64,000 nt of DNA from Candidatus Cloacimonadales bacterium (lineage in GTDB: Bacteria > Cloacimonadota > Cloacimonadia > Cloacimonadales > JAFGVF01), in NCBI GenBank assembly GCA_963678315.1, contig OY782781.1, forward strand, positions 704,001 to 768,000. Direction: 5' to 3'. A program made the translations under genes and the position numbers. This document shows positions 50,172 through 58,826 of the stretch, piece after piece. Position 1 is the first letter of the stretch; each line of letters starts with the position of its first letter. Under the pieces are notes generated by a model. It searched no databases. It saw only the letters and a program-made list of their open reading frames with translations, and was not told the origin of the DNA.

Positions 50172-51198
50172 TAATACGTGGAAAGATTTACTAACAGAAT
50201 TAAACTATTTTCAGCAAGATACATACTATTCTCCAGAGTATTATCAGCTTTTTGAAAACAATGGTTTTGGTTTAGCAAAGTGTTTTTATTTTTATAAAGG
50301 AAATCATTTTGTTTTGTACCCATTTTTACTTAATTCTGTGAATAATTTAGGTTATAGTTTAGAACAAAATTATTATGATATTCAAGGTGTTTATGGTTAT
50401 AATGGTATTGTTTCAAATACAACTGAGAATAGCTTTTTATCTGAGTTTTACGATACTTTTGATCAATTCTGTAGCGATGAAAACATTATTGCTGAATTTA
50501 TAAGATACAATCCTATATTAAAAAATCATGAACTTGAACAAAGATTTGAGCCTATATATATACTCGATAATGTTATGATAGATGTCTCGAATAATATTGA
50601 TGAAATCTGGAAAAATTCTTTTGATAATGGTGTTAGAAAAGCAGTCAAAAAAGGGATTCGGAATAATCTTATTTACGATTCATATACAGGTGAAGAAATA
50701 TCAGATGATTATCTTCATGAGTTTTTGAAAATTTATTATTCAACAATGCATAGAAATAAAGCAAAGAACTTCTATTATTTCACAAAGCAATTTTTTTACA
50801 ATATGCAATTTCTAATTCCAAAAAATATACATTTTTCTTATGTTAAAAAAGATGAGAAAATTATATCTGTTGAGCTAAATATTGTAAATAAATTGAATTC
50901 TTATGGCTTTTTAGGTGGGACTCTAGCAGAGTATTTTTCAATGTCTCCAAATAGTTTTTTGAGATTTGAGTTAATAAAAGATCTGAAAAAAAGAGGAGTA
51001 AAAAATTATTCAATTGGTGGCGGAATTACAAAAAATGATTCAAAATATAAGTTTAAAAAAAGCTTCTCAAAAAAAATTGATCAACGTTTCTACATAGGTA
51101 AAAAGATTCATAACAACAATATATATTCTCAAGTAGTCACTGAGTGGGAAAAGAATAGTGGACATATAAGCAATAATTTACTGAGATATAGGGACTAG
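50140..51198 (+). CDS. FemAB/GNAT-like acyltransferase
   Basis: YYSPEY, YGYNG, IIAEFIRYNP and IGGG...FKKSF motifs; start ATG 50140. Confidence 0.7.
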   Translation: MGFRLLTPKDSNTWKDLLTELNYFQQDTYYSPEYYQLFENNGFGLAKCFYFYKGNHFVLYPFLLNSVNNLGYSLEQNYYDIQGVYGYNGIVSNTTENSFLSEFYDTFDQFCSDENIIAEFIRYNPILKNHELEQRFEPIYILDNVMIDVSNNIDEIWKNSFDNGVRKAVKKGIRNNLIYDSYTGEEISDDYLHEFLKIYYSTMHRNKAKNFYYFTKQFFYNMQFLIPKNIHFSYVKKDEKIISVELNIVNKLNSYGFLGGTLAEYFSMSPNSFLRFELIKDLKKRGVKNYSIGGGITKNDSKYKFKKSFSKKIDQRFYIGKKIHNNNIYSQVVTEWEKNSGHISNNLLRYRD

Positions 51199-51201
51199 GT
51201 T

Positions 51202-52416
51202 ATGAAAATATTACTTATATGTCATTTCACAAATCAAGATATTCAAAAAAAAATTAACCCCAAGAAAAAAGTAAATGAATTCGCCCCATGGATATCTTAT
51301 TATATCAATGAATTCAAGAAACATAAAGAACATACATTCTATATCATTTCTCCTCATAGGTGGATTTCGCGGAATATTACTTATAAAGAGGAAAATATTG
51401 TATATCATTTTTATTCTTGTGGTATTCCATTCTATGGTCGACATTGGCCGAGTAAATTTAGATTCGATTATTTGACAAAATATTATTTTAATAAACGTAA
51501 GGTTAAAAAAATAGTTAATAATATTAAACCAGATGTGATTAATCTAATTGGTGCGGAAAATCCTTACTATACATCGACAATACTTCAATTTATTAAACAT
51601 TATCCTATATTGTTGACAATCCAAGGATTTGCATTTAAAACAAAAAAAAAAAAAGTTACTTCAAACTATGTTAATTATTTAATTAGTTTAGAAAATAAAG
51701 TAATTAGATTAGTTGAAAATCAAAGTATCAGAACTCATGATATGGAAAGAACAGTAAAAAAAATTAATCCCAAAGCCAAAGTACACTGGAACGATTTTCC
51801 AACTCCATATGGTAACCTTAAGGTCTCAAGTCCACAAAAGAAATATGATTTCGTTTTTTTTGCAAGAGTTACTCAAGATAAGGGAATTTTTGATTTTCTT
51901 AATGCAATTAGAGCAATAGCAAAGCTAAAAAAAGATGTTACTGCAATAATTGTTGGGCCATGTGGTCTATGTATGCAAAGAATAATTGAAAATTATATAA
52001 AAGATAATGATTTGATAGGAAATATTAAACTAATTGGTTTTCTTGATACTCAGTTAGAGTTGTTTGAGCGAGTGAGCGAGGCAAAGATCTCTGTATTACC
52101 TACGTACAATGATATAATTTCTGCCACAATAATTGAAAGTATGGCGTTAAAAATACCAGTAATAGCTTACCGAACGGGTAGTATTCCTGAAGTTAATAAA
52201 AATAATGAGAACATAATAATATGTGAGCAAGGAAACACAGATATGTTAACAGATAGTATGTACGATTTACTCATTAATGAAGATAAACAGAAAGCATTAT
52301 CAAAATCAGGTTACTTATGGGTATCAAAAACATTTGATAATAACACTAAAATGAATAAGTACTTCTCAGTGTTGGATGATCTAATCAAAGATTTTATGGA
52401 GAAAAAGTATGAATGA
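51202..52416 (+). CDS. Glycosyltransferase family 4
   Basis: AR..KG and IESMALKIPVI...GSIPE motifs. Confidence 0.85.
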   Translation: MKILLICHFTNQDIQKKINPKKKVNEFAPWISYYINEFKKHKEHTFYIISPHRWISRNITYKEENIVYHFYSCGIPFYGRHWPSKFRFDYLTKYYFNKRKVKKIVNNIKPDVINLIGAENPYYTSTILQFIKHYPILLTIQGFAFKTKKKKVTSNYVNYLISLENKVIRLVENQSIRTHDMERTVKKINPKAKVHWNDFPTPYGNLKVSSPQKKYDFVFFARVTQDKGIFDFLNAIRAIAKLKKDVTAIIVGPCGLCMQRIIENYIKDNDLIGNIKLIGFLDTQLELFERVSEAKISVLPTYNDIISATIIESMALKIPVIAYRTGSIPEVNKNNENIIICEQGNTDMLTDSMYDLLINEDKQKALSKSGYLWVSKTFDNNTKMNKYFSVLDDLIKDFMEKKYE

Positions 52417-53329
52417 GAAAGCACCTGTTTTATTAATAACATTCAACCGTCCTGATACAACAATAAAAGTTTTAGAAAAAATAAAAGAAGCTAAAGTTAG
52501 CAAGCTATACATTTTTAACGACGCTCCACGGAAAGGAAATGAAAATGACCAAAAAGCACGTTCTGAAATCAAAGAAATGTTAAATATAATTGATTGGGAT
52601 TGTGAACTAAATATTTGGTTTTCAGATATCAATTTAGGTTGTGGACCTGGTCCTTCTTCTGCAATTACATGGGCTTTTGAGAATGAAGACCGTTTGGTTA
52701 TTTTAGAAGACGATTGCGTACCAGCTATTCCTTTCTTTAATTATTGTAATGAGCTACTTGAAAGATACAAGAATGATACACGTATATGGATTGTTAGTGG
52801 CAATAATTATTCTGAAGAAAAAAAAGTTTCAGATTCTGATTACTTTTTTTCTACCTATGGCCATTCCTGGGGGTGGGCAACATGGAAAAGATGTTGGGAA
52901 AATTTTGATTTAGAAGTTAAACAATTTCCTAAATATTTCAAAGAAAAGAGGTTTTACGATGCTTTTGGTAGTAAGAAAGAAGCCAACTTTTTTGCTAAAA
53001 TTCAAAAAAAAATATTTGAAGATAAAACTATTTTTGGTCATGTTTGGGATTTTCAAGCAGGTTTTATGGTAAGAGCGAATGGTGGCTTATGTATTAATCC
53101 AAGTAAGAATCTAGTCACAAATATAGGATTTGTTGGTACACATTCAAGCACAAAAAATAAATTTCATAACAGGCCTGTGGATAAGAATTATAGAATTACA
53201 AAGCATCCAGAATTTATTTTGGTTAGCAAAGAATATGATGAGTATCATTTTAGAACCCATTGGAAAAAAATGAAACCTAGTTTGTTAGATAGGGTTTGTA
53301 TTAAAATAAGAAAAATAGTGAAAATATGA
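52409..53329 (+). CDS. GT-A fold glycosyltransferase (HlpA-like)
   Basis: FNRP, ILEDD, WGWATW and NLVTNIG motifs. Confidence 0.75.
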   Translation: MNEKAPVLLITFNRPDTTIKVLEKIKEAKVSKLYIFNDAPRKGNENDQKARSEIKEMLNIIDWDCELNIWFSDINLGCGPGPSSAITWAFENEDRLVILEDDCVPAIPFFNYCNELLERYKNDTRIWIVSGNNYSEEKKVSDSDYFFSTYGHSWGWATWKRCWENFDLEVKQFPKYFKEKRFYDAFGSKKEANFFAKIQKKIFEDKTIFGHVWDFQAGFMVRANGGLCINPSKNLVTNIGFVGTHSSTKNKFHNRPVDKNYRITKHPEFILVSKEYDEYHFRTHWKKMKPSLLDRVCIKIRKIVKI

Positions 53330-54576
53330 CAAGATTGTCAAAATTCAATTTTATTGATTACATAGTATTTGCGACTTTAACATGTACATTGTTTAATGTA
53401 ATTGTTACTAAACTACCTCCAGGGATAGGGAGCGTAAGATTTTTTTGGGGGCCATTAACTATCATTACGTTATTATTATTTGCAAATTCTATTTATAGTG
53501 TCTCTCCTGTAAAACAACTGATGCTGTTTGGTTTTGTAGTTATGCTTTTATTTAATATGATATTTTGGAGAAATTTATCAGATTGGAATAGAAGAAATTT
53601 TTTAGATGATTTCTATAATATTTTTTTATACACTATAATAATATCGTACTATATAAGATCAAAAAAAGTTGAAAACCTATATTTGATATCAAAAATATCT
53701 TTTATTTACATAATAATTACTGCAATTATGACAAATATTGGTTTATTTTTTGACCCTTTAATAATAAGGGATTCTGCTGTGGGTTTTGGCACTAACGTAC
53801 GTCAAAAGGAAATTTACAACTTATATGGGACAGCTCGCTATGGATATGCACAAGCTTTTGTTTTATTGATACCATTTTGTTTTTATTCTCTTAAACATAA
53901 TAAAAACTCTAATGTAAATAAAAGAATCATGTCAGTCTGTATAGCTTTAATTGTAATAACAACATTAAGATCACAGGTTTTTGCAAATATTATTAATCTA
54001 GTTTTTGTATTTATTTTTTCAATAATTTCAATAGAAAAACGAAAGAGTATGGTGTTACTTATCACTCCTGTAGTTTTGATTGTCATTATTTTACCTAAGA
54101 CAATTTATAGCGATATTATACGTTCATTTACTAGGTATTTTTCAGAAGATTCTAATACATTTCTCAAACTTAATGATTTTGCTGATTTTTTTATTGACCC
54201 AGAAATTGATATGTCCACCGGTACTGGTGGAAGGGCTGCAAGATATCCCTTGTTATGGGAAGCTTTTTTACAAAGCCCTATTGTTGGACACTCATACCTT
54301 GATAAAGGATTAGATATAGAAGCAGGGGGGCATTTGTTTTGGATGAATAGGCTAGCTCATTTTGGGTTAATAGGCTTCTCTATGTTAGTTCATTCTCTTT
54401 ATACCACATTCAAAACTATTAAAAGGAACATAATCAAAAACGAGGGTGTCTATTATTATTTTCTTTCTATAATGTCATTTTTACTATTTGGTTTAATGAA
54501 AAATATTGCAGGAAGAGAGATTTGGGCAATAATATTAGTTGTTATTCCTGGATTGTATTTGAGAAAGAAAAGATAG
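53326..54576 (+). CDS. wzy: Putative O-antigen polymerase/ligase-like membrane protein
   Basis: About 10 TM helices, large loop with R and H residues (GGRAARY...P..G...GGH), locus context. Confidence 0.6.
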   Translation: MTRLSKFNFIDYIVFATLTCTLFNVIVTKLPPGIGSVRFFWGPLTIITLLLFANSIYSVSPVKQLMLFGFVVMLLFNMIFWRNLSDWNRRNFLDDFYNIFLYTIIISYYIRSKKVENLYLISKISFIYIIITAIMTNIGLFFDPLIIRDSAVGFGTNVRQKEIYNLYGTARYGYAQAFVLLIPFCFYSLKHNKNSNVNKRIMSVCIALIVITTLRSQVFANIINLVFVFIFSIISIEKRKSMVLLITPVVLIVIILPKTIYSDIIRSFTRYFSEDSNTFLKLNDFADFFIDPEIDMSTGTGGRAARYPLLWEAFLQSPIVGHSYLDKGLDIEAGGHLFWMNRLAHFGLIGFSMLVHSLYTTFKTIKRNIIKNEGVYYYFLSIMSFLLFGLMKNIAGREIWAIILVVIPGLYLRKKR

Positions 54577-54588
54577 GAGAGTAAAGCA

Positions 54589-55596
54589 ATGTTCAAAAAT
54601 AAAAAATTATTAATTACTGGGGGTACTGGTTCATTTGGAAACGCAGTACTAAGACGTTTTATCAACACAGATATTGAAGAGATTAGAATCTTCAGTAGAG
54701 ATGAGAAGAAGCAGGATGATTTAAGAAAGAAGCTTAATAATCCTAAAGTTAAATTTTACATTGGTGATGTTAGGGATTTAAGTTCTGTTAATACAGTTAT
54801 GAAAGATGTGGACTATGTTTTCCATGCTGCAGCTCTAAAGCAGGTTCCTTCTTGTGAATTTTTCCCTATTGAGGCAGTGAAAACCAATATTCTTGGTTCA
54901 AACAATGTAATGCAGTCTGCTATGATGCACGGAGTAAAGAAACTTATTGTACTTTCTACTGACAAAGCGGTTTATCCGATTAACGCTATGGGCATTTCCA
55001 AGGCTATGATGGAGTTGGTTATGGTGGCTAACTCTCGTAATGGTGGCGAAGAGACTACTCTCTGCGGAACTCGTTACGGAAACGTAATGGCTTCACGTGG
55101 TTCCGTTATTCCATTGTTCGTAGACCAAATCAAAGCAGGGAAGCCAATCACAATCACAGATCCAAACATGACTCGTTTCATGATGACTCTGGATGATGCT
55201 GTGGACTTAGTCTTATTTGCTTTCGAGCATGGTAAGCAAGGTGATAGATTTGTTCAAAAAGCTCCAGCTTGTACAATTGAAGTTCTTGCAAAAGCTTTAA
55301 AAGAATTGTATAAAGCAGATAATGAAATTAAGTTCATTGGTACACGTCATGGAGAAAAGCTCTATGAATCTCTAGTAAACAGAGAAGAAATGCTTAAGGC
55401 AGAAGATATGGGAGACTATTATAGAATTCCAGCTGACACAAGAGATCTTAACTATAACAAATACTTCTCAGAAGGTGATTCTGGTATTGAAAAGATCACA
55501 GAATATACTTCTCATAATACCCACCGAATGGATGTGGAAGAGACTAAGAAGTTACTGCTTAAGTTAGAGTTTATAAGGGAAGACCTAAATCTTTAG
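54589..55596 (+). CDS. fnlA: UDP-GlcNAc 4,6-dehydratase/5-epimerase (FnlA/CapE/WbjB)
   Basis: TGGTGSFG, SRDEKKQ, HAAALKQVPSCE, STDKA..PINAMG.SK and RYGNVMASRGSV motifs. Confidence 0.92.
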   Translation: MFKNKKLLITGGTGSFGNAVLRRFINTDIEEIRIFSRDEKKQDDLRKKLNNPKVKFYIGDVRDLSSVNTVMKDVDYVFHAAALKQVPSCEFFPIEAVKTNILGSNNVMQSAMMHGVKKLIVLSTDKAVYPINAMGISKAMMELVMVANSRNGGEETTLCGTRYGNVMASRGSVIPLFVDQIKAGKPITITDPNMTRFMMTLDDAVDLVLFAFEHGKQGDRFVQKAPACTIEVLAKALKELYKADNEIKFIGTRHGEKLYESLVNREEMLKAEDMGDYYRIPADTRDLNYNKYFSEGDSGIEKITEYTSHNTHRMDVEETKKLLLKLEFIREDLNL

Positions 55597-56226
55597 CCAC
55601 AAATAGCACAGATAAGAAATAATTTTTATCCACTAATTACACAAATAACACGAATTAGAAGATAGTAAGATATTTTAGCCACGAATAACACAAATCTACA
55701 CAAATAAGAAAAATATATTATTATAATGCTAGATGTATATCATAAAGAGTTATGTTATAAAATTATAGGGTGTGCATTTGAAGTGTACAATACTCTTGGA
55801 CCAGGTTTTCTTGAAAAGGTCTACGAAAAAGCCCTATTGCATGAGTTTGCTATAAACAATCTAAATGCAGAATCACAAGTACCATTAAAGATTATATATA
55901 AAGATACAGTTGTTGGAGATTACTTTGCTGACATCATAGTTGATAACAAAGTAATACTAGAATTAAAGTCATGTACAACAATAAATAAATCTCATCAAGC
56001 TCAATTAATAAATTATCTTGTTGCTACGGGAATCAAGGTAGGGTATGTTTTGAACTTTGGTAATGATAATAAACTTGAAAATATAAGAATTGTTAAATAG
56101 TATTATTTGTGAAGATTTGTGCTATTCGTGGCAAAAAAGTCTTCTTTAAATTAGTGTAATTTGTGAAATTCGTGGATAGTTTTCTTTATTGTTTATCAGT
56201 GTTAATCTGTGCTATCCGTGGCTAAG
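55592..56226. mobile_element. GxxExxY element 3 with three nested inverted-repeat pairs
   Basis: 55593-55613/56205-56225 (19/21), 55627-55656/56149-56178 (26/30), 55678-55707/56103-56132 (28/30). Confidence 0.65.
55726..56100 (+). CDS. GxxExxY protein
   Basis: LGPGFLEKVY, YFADIIVD..ILELKS, AQLINYL and LNFG motifs. Confidence 0.93.
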   Translation: MLDVYHKELCYKIIGCAFEVYNTLGPGFLEKVYEKALLHEFAINNLNAESQVPLKIIYKDTVVGDYFADIIVDNKVILELKSCTTINKSHQAQLINYLVATGIKVGYVLNFGNDNKLENIRIVK

Positions 56227-56243
56227 AAAAAAAAGGATTTAAA

Positions 56244-57350
56244 ATGAAAATTGGCATAACAGGACAAGCTGGCTTTATCGGCTCTCACCTATACAACAAC
56301 TTAGGCTTGCATGAAGGTATTGAAAGAATCCCCTTTGAAGATGATTTCTTCAAATCTGAGGAATCATTAGATAATTTTGTTAAGCAGTGCGACGTTATTG
56401 TTCACTTAGCGGCTATGAACCGTCATAATGACCCTGAAGTAATTTATAATACAAATATAGAATTAGTAGAAAAGATAATTGCAAGTATCGATAGATGTGC
56501 AACCAATCCACATATTATAATGTCTTCTTCAACTCAAGAGACTCGTGATAATTTATATGGTAAGTCTAAGAAAGAAGGTAGAGAGAAGTTTGTAGCATTT
56601 GCTCAACAAGGAAAGTGTTATTTTACAGGCTTGGTGATTCCTAATGTTTACGGTCCTTTCGGAAGGCCTTACTATAATTCAGTAACATCAACATTTTCTC
56701 ATTTGATAGCTAATAATAAAGAAGTTGAAATTCAGATTGATGCAGAGCTTGAAATGATCTACGTTCAGGATCTGTGCCAAGAAATTATTTCTGTAATTAA
56801 AAATAAAGAATACACTGATGAAAAGCTTCTGCCTTATACAGGCAAATCACTAGTTTCAGATCTAAGAGATAAGATAAAAGCTTTCCATGAAACCTATATT
56901 TCTGGCATAATCCCAAAATTTGAAAACAGATTTGATTTAACACTTTTTAATACCTATAGATGTTACCTTCCACAGGAATATTTTCCTGTAGATTATACTA
57001 AGCATTCTGATAATCGTGGCTCTTTCGTGGAAATTATTAAGAGTTCAGGGCAAGGACAATTCTCCTTCTCAACGACCAAACCTGGAATAACCAGAGGGAA
57101 TCATTATCATACTAGAAAAGTGGAAAGGTTTGCAGTTATTTCTGGAAAAGCTTCTATCAAGCTTAGAAAAATTGGAACAGACCAGGTTATAGAATATATT
57201 CTTGATGGAGAAAAACCAGGCTATGTAGATATGCCTATTTGGTATACTCACAACATCACTAACATTGGTGATGAAGAACTTATAACACTCTTCTGGATTA
57301 ATGAGTTCTATAATCAAGAAGATCCTGATACTTTCTACGAAGAAGTTTAG
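56244..57350 (+). CDS. fnlB: UDP-2-acetamido-2,6-dideoxy-hexulose reductase/epimerase (FnlB/CapF/WbjC)
   Basis: TGQAGFIG, HLAAMNR and YGKSK motifs; C-terminal cupin (DNRGSF, RGNHYH, THNI). Confidence 0.9.
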   Translation: MKIGITGQAGFIGSHLYNNLGLHEGIERIPFEDDFFKSEESLDNFVKQCDVIVHLAAMNRHNDPEVIYNTNIELVEKIIASIDRCATNPHIIMSSSTQETRDNLYGKSKKEGREKFVAFAQQGKCYFTGLVIPNVYGPFGRPYYNSVTSTFSHLIANNKEVEIQIDAELEMIYVQDLCQEIISVIKNKEYTDEKLLPYTGKSLVSDLRDKIKAFHETYISGIIPKFENRFDLTLFNTYRCYLPQEYFPVDYTKHSDNRGSFVEIIKSSGQGQFSFSTTKPGITRGNHYHTRKVERFAVISGKASIKLRKIGTDQVIEYILDGEKPGYVDMPIWYTHNITNIGDEELITLFWINEFYNQEDPDTFYEEV

Positions 57351-57363
57351 TGTCATACTTTAG

Positions 57364-57413
57364 CCTTAAGGGTCTCCTTGAAAAAAAGGCGTTTTTTCAA
57401 AGAGGCAAGTAAG
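57364..57413. repeat. About 50-bp mini inverted-repeat element (4 copies in window)
   Basis: CCTTAAGGGTCTCCTTGAAAAA..TTTTTCAAAGAGGCAAGTAAG; also at 12315, 18998 and 32196. Confidence 0.85.
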
Positions 57414-57436
57414 GGCCTAGTAATAAAGATTAAAAC

Positions 57437-57694
57437 TAGCCACAGATAACAAAGATAAAAAAAGAAGAAAATATTTTAGCCACAGATAACACGGATTTGC
57501 ACTGATAAAATGCTTAATAAACATCATAGCTTGTTTCATGTTATTTATAGTTAATTTACGAGTATTTTTTTACAGAAAGTTATGTTGGTATTAATTTACT
57601 ATCCATATTTGTCTTTATCTGTGTTTATCAGTGTTATCCGTGGCTAAAAGATGGATTGTCTTATTTGTGAAGATTTGTGCTATTTGTGGCTAAA
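57437..57694. repeat. Gene-less copy of the GxxExxY-type nested hairpin
   Basis: 57474-57509/57614-57649 complementary at 30/36; outer arms at 57437 and 57661-57694; about 100-nt AT-rich loop. Confidence 0.8.
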
Positions 57695-57707
57695 TAAAGG
57701 AATTATT

Positions 57708-58826
57708 ATGAATAAAATAAAAGTTATAACAATTGTCGGAACCCGTCCTGAGATCATCAGACTTTCCGAAGTAATGAAATTATTAGATAAACACACGAAT
57801 CACGTGACTGTTCATACAGGACAAAACTATGATTTCGAACTGAACGAGATCTTTTATCGCGATTTAGAATTAAGAAAACCAGACTATTATCTTGGAATCA
57901 ATACTTCTTCTTTAGGTCATGTTTTAGGTGAAACCCTTATTAAAGTGGAAGAAGTTTTTAATAAAGAAAAACCTGATGCTGTCTTAATTTTAGGTGATAC
58001 TAATGCATCTATAGCTGGAATTATTGCTAAAAGAATGAAGATACCAGTATTCCACATGGAAGCAGGTAACCGTTCTTTTGATTTCAATGTTCCTGAAGAG
58101 ATAAACAGACGTATCATCGACCATGTTGCGGATTTCAACTTAGTTTATACTGAAAATTCACGAAGACACCTTCTCTCTGAAGGACTTCCTCATAGACATA
58201 TCTATGTGACTGGTTCTCCAATGTTTGAAGTTTTAAATAAGAATATTGAGAAAATTAAGAATTCTGATATTTTAAAGAAATTAGAACTCAAGGAAAAAGA
58301 GTATTTTATAGTTTCAACCCACAGAGAAGAAAATGTAGATAATGAGGAAAATCTAAAAGAGATTGTAAATACTTTAAACGCTCTTACTGTAAATTATGAC
58401 CTTCCGGTTATTGTTTCTACTCACCCAAGAACTAGAAAGCGATTAGAGATGCTCAAAGATATTTCTATAGATAGTAGAATTCAATTCCTTAAACCATTTG
58501 GTTTCTTCGACTATAATAAATTACAAATGTCTTCTATCTGTGCAATCTCCGATAGCGGAACCATAAGTGAAGAATCATCAATGCTTAAGTTTCCTGCCGT
58601 GACTATCAGAAACTCACTAGAAAGACCAGAAGCTATGGACTATGGCTCAATTATCTTGACAGGTTTGAAAGCTGATGTAGTTCTTAACTCAGTAAAACTT
58701 GTACTTGAGGAACCAATGAACTTTAATAAATGTCCAGAATATCAAACAGATAATACATCATACCGTGTCCTCAAGATAATCATGGGACTAAGCGGATTGA
58801 AGAATAGATGGATGGGGATTAAGTGA
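57708..58826 (+). CDS. fnlC: Non-hydrolysing UDP-sugar 2-epimerase (FnlC/CapG/WbjD)
   Basis: GTRPEIIRL, HTGQNYD, GDTN, HMEAGNR..D..VPEE.NR, HREEN and SDSGT..EE motifs; start ATG 57708. Confidence 0.9.
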   Translation: MNKIKVITIVGTRPEIIRLSEVMKLLDKHTNHVTVHTGQNYDFELNEIFYRDLELRKPDYYLGINTSSLGHVLGETLIKVEEVFNKEKPDAVLILGDTNASIAGIIAKRMKIPVFHMEAGNRSFDFNVPEEINRRIIDHVADFNLVYTENSRRHLLSEGLPHRHIYVTGSPMFEVLNKNIEKIKNSDILKKLELKEKEYFIVSTHREENVDNEENLKEIVNTLNALTVNYDLPVIVSTHPRTRKRLEMLKDISIDSRIQFLKPFGFFDYNKLQMSSICAISDSGTISEESSMLKFPAVTIRNSLERPEAMDYGSIILTGLKADVVLNSVKLVLEEPMNFNKCPEYQTDNTSYRVLKIIMGLSGLKNRWMGIK

